In this document: positions 1-7,500 of the stretch, piece by piece | How the letters are laid out: each line of letters begins with the position of its first letter | Numbering within the stretch: the first letter of the stretch is position 1 | Assembly (NCBI GenBank): GCA_963830365.1 | Contig: CAWHMU010000042.1 | Location: forward strand, 1-64,000 | DNA: 64,000 nucleotides | DNA from: an uncultured Chlamydiae bacterium | GTDB taxonomy: Bacteria > Chlamydiota > Chlamydiia > Chlamydiales > Parachlamydiaceae | Direction of reading: 5' to 3' | Translations under genes and position numbers: made by a program | Notes under the pieces: model-generated | Databases searched by the model: none | The model's input: only the letters and a program-made list of their open reading frames with translations | Told to the model about the DNA's origin: nothing

Positions 1-1206
1 TCATCCGGTTAATGAGTGCTTTTGCTCATGAAGATGGAGGAGTCTTAATTTAAAATATTCCATATCTCGAAATCCGTATGCTTGACGTGACATAGTCTTA
101 ATTTTGTTATTGATCCCTTCGATTTTTCCATTGCTTATCCGATGCTTGAAATAGTTGACTAAGCCCTTAGCATGTCCTAAAAGAGTCCTTCCAACCTTAA
201 TTAATGGCTCAAGACCGCTCTCAAATACATCCCAAAGCCAACGCAAAAGAAAACTCGAAGCATTCTGCTGAGAAGATTGTTCCCAGAAGAGTCGAAATTG
301 CTCCTTTAGCGTATGGGCAATAAGGAGAGGGGCATTGACATCGAGAAGAGCCTGCAATCCCTCTTGTGCTGACTTGTCAAGTGCATTGTAATTCCTGAGT
401 AGGAGAAATCGTTTCCCTTTCACAACCTTCCGCGATGTTTGATCAAGACTGTTCTGCTGCTGCCTTCGAATCTCATCTAAGGCTTTATTTATTAGAGCAT
501 CCACATGAAAGTGATCAAATACAATGTCTACTTTTGGCAGAATTGATGTTACGGCTGATGCATAAGGACCACTCATATCCATGGCGATCGCCTTAAGACT
601 TTTTGCTTTTGCAGCCAATTCTCTGAGGAATGGGGTCACATCATGTTTTGATCTACCCTCAACGGCATGAAGAATACGACCTGTTCGAATGTCGACAAAA
701 ATCGTCATATAGTTATGGCCTTTACGTATGCTAAATTCATCGATGCTTAAAAATTCCAGCTCACCAAAAGGGATCTCTTGATACTTTCTCTTTAGATGGT
801 CCTTATGGATGTTTTTAACTAGGTCCCAACCTACTCCGAGAAATCGTGCAACTCCTAAAATCGTGCCTATTGCAATAAGACAGAGGACGTACTCTACAAA
901 GGCTTGAACCATTCGTTGTTTTCCGGGAACAAAGTCCGGTACCGGCCAAGAACACTTACCGCAATCATGACAAGAAATTCTATTCAAAGTGAGATACAAA
1001 AAGCATGGCATTTTTCCCCAAGGAACCATGCGCAGTTTTCTACACTTTTGCCCACGAAAACATACATTGTTTCCCCCGCATTTTGGACAAGAGGGATTAT
1101 TTCGAGAGCTTTCGGCGTGAAAAATGATCTTCTCACCCGCGTACTCCGTTGAATGGCACTCGACATTTTTAATTCCGAACAGATACAATAAAGTTGCAGT
1201 AGACAT
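1..1206 (-). CDS. ISL3-family transposase, apparently intact
   Basis: 401 aa; N-terminal Zn ribbon (CPKCG...CHDCG), SIDEF, IAMDM, FDHFH and NGKIEGINNKIK..RQAYGFR motifs typical of ISL3 DDE transposases. Confidence 0.95.
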   Translation of the reverse strand: MSTATLLYLFGIKNVECHSTEYAGEKIIFHAESSRNNPSCPKCGGNNVCFRGQKCRKLRMVPWGKMPCFLYLTLNRISCHDCGKCSWPVPDFVPGKQRMVQAFVEYVLCLIAIGTILGVARFLGVGWDLVKNIHKDHLKRKYQEIPFGELEFLSIDEFSIRKGHNYMTIFVDIRTGRILHAVEGRSKHDVTPFLRELAAKAKSLKAIAMDMSGPYASAVTSILPKVDIVFDHFHVDALINKALDEIRRQQQNSLDQTSRKVVKGKRFLLLRNYNALDKSAQEGLQALLDVNAPLLIAHTLKEQFRLFWEQSSQQNASSFLLRWLWDVFESGLEPLIKVGRTLLGHAKGLVNYFKHRISNGKIEGINNKIKTMSRQAYGFRDMEYFKLRLLHLHEQKHSLTG

Positions 1207-1299
1207 GATTTTCTCCCGGTGTGGTAACCAAGAGACAAATTATTGTTTACTGCATTTTATTATCTACCCTCTTTTATGTACCGATTTGCCGGATGAACC
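1..1299 (-). mobile_element. ISL3-family insertion sequence (one end cut by the window edge)
   Basis: End at 1299 reads GGTTCATCCGGCAAAT on the minus strand; position 1 reads TCATCCGGTTAAT, the other inverted repeat minus its first 3 nt, overlapping the TGA stop. Confidence 0.9.
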
Positions 1300-1507
1300 A
1301 CTTTTTGCTACATTTCATTCCATAGGTTGACACCTATGGCTACATGCTTCCGCCTCTATCGAGGCTAACTAGACCTTCTGTGCTAGAATGTCGATTTGTT
1401 TCAAAGAGAATCTTACAAATATATTGTTAATTCTCGTTTTTCAACAAGCCATTATTAAGTCTTTTTAACGAATCCTCTCGGACAGGTACGCGATTGTGCG
1501 ATGAACC
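1300..1507 (-). mobile_element. Family-A MITE arm interrupted by the ISL3
   Basis: Reverse complement matches 24527-24679 plus 25276-25330, and 38698-38905; terminus AGGTACGCGATTGTGCGATGAACC. Confidence 0.85.
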
Positions 1508-1516
1508 AAAAATAAA

Positions 1517-1549
1517 GAACAAACAAAGCATTCATTTACCGGATGAACC
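1517..1549 (+). mobile_element. Remnant right end of a second ISL3 copy
   Basis: Encodes EQTKHSFTG* (intact transposase ends EQKHSLTG*) and ends in CCGGATGAACC. Confidence 0.7.
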
Positions 1550-1591
1550 TTTTTTTAGTGGTTGCAGTCAGCTACTGTAGCTGGCGGTAGT

Positions 1592-2821
1592 TTAAGGAGA
1601 GGGGACGGACTCAACCCCTTGTTGCTTTTCGATCCACAGGAGGATGCTCTCTGCAGCTTTAATGGCACCATCTGTACCAAAGGTAGAAGCTAAACTGGGG
1701 AGAGTGAGAGATTTGTCTTTTAGAGAGTCAGCGTATACTCTCAGTAAAAATTCCTTAAACCTTATTCTGCTAGCAGGCTCTTGTGATAGCCTTTTTAGAT
1801 AGATAGCTATCTGTCGCATCACTTTCTCTTGTGCATCAAAATAGTCGATGGGCTCATCCTCAACAAAGATATCTAACCAGTCTAGATGGTAATCCACCAT
1901 TCCATGCTGTTTTAAAAGCATGATCTGTTGACCCTGGCTGTCGTTAACAGGGGGAAGCCATATTACTTTTTTGTTCATTAAAGAAGCTTCATATAAATTG
2001 GCCAAACCCGAGGTCATAATCGCTAGATTGGATGAGCTAAGACGTGACTGTGTCTCCTGAGGAGTGAGCGTTTCTACGGTGCAGAGCGTTGCCATGGCTT
2101 TGGCAATAGTCTGATTCGCCAGGTAGGTGGTCTTGTCAAATTCGGTGGAACATGCATTTTTGATAGTCTCAAAGACCAAGGTCGAAAAGAGGATAAGATC
2201 TTTCTCTTCAAGAAAAGGGTTATTAAGGCCTCCAAGATTGACCAACAGTTCTTTTGATGGTTCATAGCTAGTGGCTTTTTGATTTGGTGAGACCAACGCT
2301 GGGACAATGACCGTCTCGGGGAAATCGTCGGGGTTAGCTTTAATTCTTTCGCTTACACCAAAAAAGTTTTGAGCTATATACAAATCCATTTGCTTGATTT
2401 CAGGTGGAATATCTTTCCAAAACCATGTTAAAGGGTCGTAAATAATTACCTTAAGCCCCATTTCTTTGGCCCACTTAGCAGCCTCAAAATCAAGGGCGGT
2501 AATGAAGATGTCATAGTCAACAGCAAGCTGCTGAAACTTTTCTTTTTTACGACTGTTAGCAGCATCTCCAAAGTCATAAATAGCATCGTATGCCAGTTTT
2601 TGTTGAAGATCTAATGTATGACCATAACCGGCATATCCTAAAGATGAAATCTTGTCCCTAAGATGTGGAAATATTTCAGCGATAGCAGCTGAAGGTCCAA
2701 ATCCAAAGGGCTCAGCATTTAACAGGATGCGCTTATGCGTCGAAGGCGGGGCCGCATCGGCGCATAAGCAAAAGATATGGATAAGCATAAATAAAAAGGT
2801 AATAGGAGTATGTCGGCTCAT
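1592..2821 (-). CDS. GT-B glycosyltransferase-like protein, resembling the cytosylglucuronate (CGA) synthase-related family
   Basis: N-terminal hydrophobic leader; AEPFGFGP, YDPLTWFW, LLVNLGG, TSGL..LYEA and LPPVNDSQ motifs; family assignment from recall of motifs. Confidence 0.55.
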   Translation of the reverse strand: MSRHTPITFLFMLIHIFCLCADAAPPSTHKRILLNAEPFGFGPSAAIAEIFPHLRDKISSLGYAGYGHTLDLQQKLAYDAIYDFGDAANSRKKEKFQQLAVDYDIFITALDFEAAKWAKEMGLKVIIYDPLTWFWKDIPPEIKQMDLYIAQNFFGVSERIKANPDDFPETVIVPALVSPNQKATSYEPSKELLVNLGGLNNPFLEEKDLILFSTLVFETIKNACSTEFDKTTYLANQTIAKAMATLCTVETLTPQETQSRLSSSNLAIMTSGLANLYEASLMNKKVIWLPPVNDSQGQQIMLLKQHGMVDYHLDWLDIFVEDEPIDYFDAQEKVMRQIAIYLKRLSQEPASRIRFKEFLLRVYADSLKDKSLTLPSLASTFGTDGAIKAAESILLWIEKQQGVESVPSP

Positions 2822-4938
2822 TTATATAAAAGTCCTTCTATTTTATTTATGATGAGTTGATTGCCGGGTTCTTTTATGAGATGGGTTTTATCTTCACGTA
2901 TGTTTCTTACATAAAAATCAAGATTTGAAAAGAAAACAGAGAGGCTGGCTTCTGTAAGCGTGTCTTCGGAAAGTCCAAACTGACCTTGAGCGATGGTGAG
3001 GGCGTTTAGCTGCTGTTCATAGAGCGGCAGGGGCAGTGCAAAGACTGGTTTTTCTAGATGCATCGCTTCAGAAAGTAGATTGTGTCCGGCTGTAGAGATA
3101 ATTCCATGGCAGGCGAAAAGCAGCGGATCAAAGCGGCTGTCTCCATGGTGGTAAAAAGAGAGGCATAGATCTGATTTGGGTAAGTTGACAGAGCGCGGTA
3201 GAAAGAGGTGTGCTTTGAATCCGGTGGGAAGGGTTTGACGAAGCGTTTGAATCCACTCCTCTACCGGGCGATCGTTAATTTTTTGGGCTGTTATATAGAT
3301 TAGGATGGAAGGCTCATCACTTAGCGGGGAGCCTTTGGCAAGCAACACCTCGTCTCTGATCATTGGGGAGACGACATCAACTTCAAATTCAGAGGATTGT
3401 TGCTGTTTATCAACACGAAAAAAAGAGACCGCTATGCGCATCTCAGCCTTTGGGAAAAACAGGCCCAGTCTTTCGATCTCATCTTTATACGTTGTGCTAT
3501 TTAAAGTAGGAGGGAATTTACCAACGAGATATTTGCTTTGTTGATCGAGTGTTATAAGAGAAGATCCTTTGGCGTAAGCATACTGCGCAGCTACCCATTC
3601 ATAATCGCTAATGACCAAGTCTGGTTGATCGAATTCTTGGTGAGCTGCAGCCATTGCCAGGCAGTTGATATGGTTGAAATCAATGCAATTCAACTTGGTA
3701 TTTGCAGTAGCGGCAAAGTCTAGTCCTGCCTCATTTCCAACGAAGTAGGGATCTGCTACCGGAACGATTTTTAGATTGGAATTGTTGGGGAAGCGATCTT
3801 TAAAAAAGGTTAACCCTTCACCATAGGTAAAAATCATGAGGCGATGACCTTGCTTTAGAAAATGGGTGATGACAGGCATTTGCCGGCTACAGTGGCCACT
3901 GCCAATGCCACAAATTCCAAATAAAATCTTTTTAGGTCCTTGCTTTTCTATTAGATGGGCTTTACTTTCTATAAAGCTTGTTAGAGCCTCTAACGGTGCT
4001 ACGGCTTTATATACGGGGATATGATTGAGGCCCTTTTTCAGATTCTGAGCCAGCGATGCTCTTAATTCTGTGGATACGGTTCCATCTAACAGGATAGGGT
4101 TTTCCCCAATCAAAACATCTTCCCTCTCTTTGTCAATGAAATAAGGATAAAGCGTGTGCAAAGCCGAGGACGTGTTGATTTTTTCTATGGTGCTCACTTT
4201 ATCATTTAAGCTGATCAAAACAATTTTCTTGATTGAAACACTCTCTGCTTGGCAATAATATTGCTCAGGAAGTTGAAATGCCAAACGAGTGCCAATGAAT
4301 TGCGCCTTCATTTTCGGGACTTTTTCCCACTTGGCGATATCTTCCGGCCGCACCGTAAGTATACGTGTGCCTGCAATGGCTATTAGTTGAGAATCAGCAT
4401 TGATTTTCAAGAGGGTCTTGTCTCCGGAAAATACTTTGTAATTCTTCTTAAGTAGCGTATTTATCGTGAGCGTTGTCTTGCCAGATCCTGAAGGTCCGAC
4501 AATAAGAGTATATCCATCTTCGTCATTACCGATGCAAGAGCCGTGGACGGGATAGATCCCCAGGTTTAACCATTCTTTTCGGGCGGCTCCATATAATAGA
4601 TGGATAAAATCGGGGGGGATGACACCGCCCCAATTCGATGTGACCTTCACTTCGCCCTCTTTTTGCGAAAGTATAAAATTTTCCGACTCATTAAAGCTGT
4701 GACTTATATGTAACAGTCTATTTGACGGATTCCCGGGTTTATCAATAAATCCAGGCAGGTGGGCTCCAAACTGAATAAGTTCTGGATCTTCAATTGTAAA
4801 GTTGACGTCGCTAGCAAAGGTGAGGGTTAACTCTCCGCCAAGAGTCCAGCTCTTGGAAAAGGGCAGGTTATTTTCTGTTGAGGGACATAACTCAAACAAT
4901 GATAAAAAAACAAGTGTTAGAAAAATGATACGGTGCAT
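2818..4938 (-). CDS. HPr-kinase-related P-loop kinase fused to an MJ1255-like GT-B glycosyltransferase
   Basis: VHGSC, GPSGSGKTT and SGDK in the N-half; GICGIGSGHCSR, VISDYE and STAGHNLLSEAMHLEKP..LYEQQLNA in the C-half; overlaps the next gene by 4 nt. Confidence 0.75.
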   Translation of the reverse strand: MHRIIFLTLVFLSLFELCPSTENNLPFSKSWTLGGELTLTFASDVNFTIEDPELIQFGAHLPGFIDKPGNPSNRLLHISHSFNESENFILSQKEGEVKVTSNWGGVIPPDFIHLLYGAARKEWLNLGIYPVHGSCIGNDEDGYTLIVGPSGSGKTTLTINTLLKKNYKVFSGDKTLLKINADSQLIAIAGTRILTVRPEDIAKWEKVPKMKAQFIGTRLAFQLPEQYYCQAESVSIKKIVLISLNDKVSTIEKINTSSALHTLYPYFIDKEREDVLIGENPILLDGTVSTELRASLAQNLKKGLNHIPVYKAVAPLEALTSFIESKAHLIEKQGPKKILFGICGIGSGHCSRQMPVITHFLKQGHRLMIFTYGEGLTFFKDRFPNNSNLKIVPVADPYFVGNEAGLDFAATANTKLNCIDFNHINCLAMAAAHQEFDQPDLVISDYEWVAAQYAYAKGSSLITLDQQSKYLVGKFPPTLNSTTYKDEIERLGLFFPKAEMRIAVSFFRVDKQQQSSEFEVDVVSPMIRDEVLLAKGSPLSDEPSILIYITAQKINDRPVEEWIQTLRQTLPTGFKAHLFLPRSVNLPKSDLCLSFYHHGDSRFDPLLFACHGIISTAGHNLLSEAMHLEKPVFALPLPLYEQQLNALTIAQGQFGLSEDTLTEASLSVFFSNLDFYVRNIREDKTHLIKEPGNQLIINKIEGLLYK

Positions 4939-4942
4939 GAAA

Positions 4943-5875
4943 TTACTCCCAGGGGTCTATTGCATATAGTTTACGGCCAAGAGGAGTCAACACCTCTGCT
5001 GTCTGTCTTAGTGAATGCGCGCAACGGGGCGGGGCTGTTGCGCGAAGGCCTGCCTCATGATTATTAGAGCCCGTTCCGTTAGTGAAGGCCTTCAGCCTTA
5101 AATCAATCAGCTCTTGATCCTCTTTGGCATTTGTATAGGTGATTAATGCCGCGTAACGGTTTGACTTAGCCTCGCCGCGATAGCGGCTATGCGTTGTGCG
5201 GGAATCCCAAATGACCAGCTGCCCCTCTTTCAGGCGCAGGCCAACAAAAGGTGCTGTAAGTTCACCTTGATATTCAACATAACCGTCGCCCGGTTTTACC
5301 CATTGGCTGTATTGATGAAAAAATTGGGATGAGCTTGGGATAACTGCCAGTGTTCCCGTTGTCTCGTCCATGTTTCGTAGGGCGATCATGGCCTGGACAT
5401 TGAAAAATGCGGGATGGTCTATGGGATTTTGATCTACATGGGGAGGAAGCGCATCCTCATCTTCACTATGCTTTTGAAAGATAACCCTATCAAAGACGAC
5501 CCATAGTTTTTCCCTTCCAAGAAGGTGAGAAAAGATCTCATAAATTCTTGGATCTTGACGCAACTTGGCTAATGTCTGATCATGATATAAGTCTAAAAAA
5601 CCCAAACGACGCGAACAAGGAATATCTGCTTCAACAAGTTGATCGATTAATTTAACAAGGGCATCTCGATCTTCACGACACGAAGCCTCATCAATGACAA
5701 CATAGCCATATTCTTTAAAAAACTGATCGATGGCCTCATAATCGTGCCATTTTTGTACCATGGGATTGATCATTTCAATTTTGTACTCATTTCCATTAGG
5801 AGGGCGGATGAAATGACCGGCATGAAGGGTGGTGGTAAGCAGTGTTAACAGAAATATTTTAAAAATGTTTGTCAT
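4943..5875 (-). CDS. Phytanoyl-CoA dioxygenase (PhyH) family 2OG/Fe(II) oxygenase
   Basis: FKEYGYVVI, HVD and WDSRTTH facial triad; start moved to ATG 5875 after an AAGGAG RBS because the ORF-track start lies in a MITE. Confidence 0.85.
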   Translation of the reverse strand: MTNIFKIFLLTLLTTTLHAGHFIRPPNGNEYKIEMINPMVQKWHDYEAIDQFFKEYGYVVIDEASCREDRDALVKLIDQLVEADIPCSRRLGFLDLYHDQTLAKLRQDPRIYEIFSHLLGREKLWVVFDRVIFQKHSEDEDALPPHVDQNPIDHPAFFNVQAMIALRNMDETTGTLAVIPSSSQFFHQYSQWVKPGDGYVEYQGELTAPFVGLRLKEGQLVIWDSRTTHSRYRGEAKSNRYAALITYTNAKEDQELIDLRLKAFTNGTGSNNHEAGLRATAPPRCAHSLRQTAEVLTPLGRKLYAIDPWE

Positions 5876-5892
5876 TTTTGGCTCCTTTTTTA

Positions 5893-6101
5893 GGTTCATC
5901 ACATGAATGAGTGAATGTAGACTTTGGCTGAACGGTTTGAGGTCAGGCTTGCGATTTGCGATACGAAAGGAGTCGGGCTTGCTAATGCATTTAGGACTAT
6001 CAAATCACAAATCACAAGCCAGACCCCAATCATCAAAGTCCTTTCACGTCATGAGTTCTTGAGCAGTCATCTCTGTCAACCACTCGTTTGTGTGATGACC
6101 C
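5893..6101 (+). mobile_element. Family-D MITE (internally shortened copy)
   Basis: GGTTCATCACA...TGTGATGACCC termini, 8-bp TSD CTTTTTTA, internal GGTCAGGCTTGCGATTTG/CAAATCACAAGCCAGACC hairpin. Confidence 0.9.
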
Positions 6102-6366
6102 CTTTTTTAAGCGCGCAAATTGTAACTGAAATTCCCGGTTTTGGCCTTCCATTCGGCTTTTAAACCCCTAAAAAGGGGGCAAATGCAACGGCGGCAGTGC
6201 CTGCAAGCGTTGCCAGATAATTGACGCCTTGGCATTGCCTTCAAGTGGCCATCAAATCATCTATTCTGTTTCAGAGGCTGCCAAGGCACCAATCTCGTGC
6301 TTAGAAAGCAGAAGAAATGGACTTGAAACTGTTAAAAGCAAAAAAATATTCATCACACTTTCTTAC

Positions 6367-6387
6367 ATAGTGTAATATTTACACTTA
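6367..6387. promoter_or_regulatory. NrtR box 1
   Basis: ATAGTGTAATATTTACACTTA, 21-bp palindrome with GT-N7-AC core, upstream of an NrtR-type gene. Confidence 0.85.
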
Positions 6388-6388
6388 C

Positions 6389-6417
6389 AGCCTACCAAAT
6401 GGCTGTTGAACAGTCAA
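6389..6417 (-). promoter_or_regulatory. Sigma70-type promoter for the leftward operon
   Basis: Minus strand TTGACT-N17-TAGGCT with extended -10 TG, lying between the two boxes. Confidence 0.6.
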
Positions 6418-6422
6418 GCGGT

Positions 6423-6443
6423 TTAGTGTTATATTTACACTAA
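6423..6443. promoter_or_regulatory. NrtR box 2
   Basis: TTAGTGTTATATTTACACTAA, 21-bp palindrome with GT-N7-AC core, 8 nt before the nrtR ATG. Confidence 0.85.
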
Positions 6444-6451
6444 CGGTATAA

Positions 6452-7144
6452 ATGAAGGTTGTTATGAGCAAATTGGATCAAAGAAGCCAGTATCCCATCT
6501 CTGTAGACTGTGTCATTTTTGGTTATACGGAAGGGGTGTTGAAGGTGGCATTGATCAAGCGGAAAAAGTCACCTTTTCAGGGTAAATGGGCGCTACCTGG
6601 CGGCTTTATGGAAGGCGATGAGACGGTAGAGGAGGCTGCGGCAAGAGAGCTTGAAGAGGAGACAGGTATCAACAAGATTTATCTTGAGTCTTTTAATGTT
6701 TTTAGTGATCCATCACGCGATCCGAGGGGTAGAGTAGTGACTGTTGCCTTTTTTGCGCTGGTTAATTCAGATCAATTTAAACTGATTGCCACTGAAGATG
6801 CCGCATCTGCCGAATGGGTGCCTATTTCAGAGATGCCTGAATTGGCATTTGACCATAATAGAATTTTTAAAGAGGCGTTGGAGTCGCTACGCAGCTCTTT
6901 TTGGTTAAAACCTATCATTTTTGAACTGCTTCCCAAAGCGTTTACCCTCACTCAAATTCAGATCCTATGCGAACAGGTTTACGGCATGGAAATTGATAAA
7001 AGAAACTTTCGAAAAAAAATTCTCAAAGCAGGAATTCTTTCTGAAACAGGCAAGGCGACAACAGGCGGGAAGCATAGGCCTGCCCTGTTATATAGATGTA
7101 AGTCCAAATCTACAAAAAAATGGAGAGACATTTCCTGGTTTTAG
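6452..7144 (+). CDS. nrtR: NrtR-family transcriptional regulator (NUDIX plus winged HTH)
   Basis: SVDCVIF, WALPGGF..ETVEEAAARELEEETG, RDPRGRV, LAFDH, FTLTQ, DKRNFRKKI, HRPALLY. Confidence 0.9.
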   Translation: MKVVMSKLDQRSQYPISVDCVIFGYTEGVLKVALIKRKKSPFQGKWALPGGFMEGDETVEEAAARELEEETGINKIYLESFNVFSDPSRDPRGRVVTVAFFALVNSDQFKLIATEDAASAEWVPISEMPELAFDHNRIFKEALESLRSSFWLKPIIFELLPKAFTLTQIQILCEQVYGMEIDKRNFRKKILKAGILSETGKATTGGKHRPALLYRCKSKSTKKWRDISWF

Positions 7145-7161
7145 ACGTCTGGCAGTTTTAA

Positions 7162-7240
7162 GGGGCACGCGCGGTGCAATGGTGCACTACTTTTACCATC
7201 ACCAACCCGCTGGTCCTTGGTTCAAGTCCAAATTGCCCCA
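7162..7240 (+). ncRNA. tRNA-like RNA with acceptor stem and T arm but no D arm
   Basis: GGGGCA/TGCCCC-A acceptor stem, TTGG-TTCAAGT-CCAA T arm, single central stem GCGG..ATGGTG/TACCAT..CCGC. Confidence 0.55.
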
Positions 7241-7500
7241 TCCTTTTCCACCCAAAGCTTCCTAGGTCGGCCACATGAATCAGACCCCTTCTACTTTTTC
7301 TCATTTTTGTGATTAACCAAAAAAAGCCTTCACTTGCTGGCAGGGTCTCGATTAATTTCCATTGTTAATAAATGAGTTGTTATGCAATATTCTTTTCAAA
7401 AAACAATCATTCAGAATTAGTTTTGAAAATAAAGCTATGTTAAATGCTAATTTTTTAATTTGACTGGATGTAGATCTCATTTTTATTTAGGACAGCTTTT

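Noticed and set aside
5876..5902. ORF-track N-terminal extension of the dioxygenase
   Set aside because: The upstream start codons lie in the MITE terminus; the RBS supports ATG 5875
5924..6163. MAER..RLAICD ORFs (also 22973, 37192, 58547) as a protein family
   Set aside because: They lie within family-D MITEs, have TTG starts and unrelated C-termini; not called as CDS
7162..7240. Canonical tRNA gene
   Set aside because: No D arm, no 7-nt anticodon loop, and mismatches at the base of the acceptor and T stems
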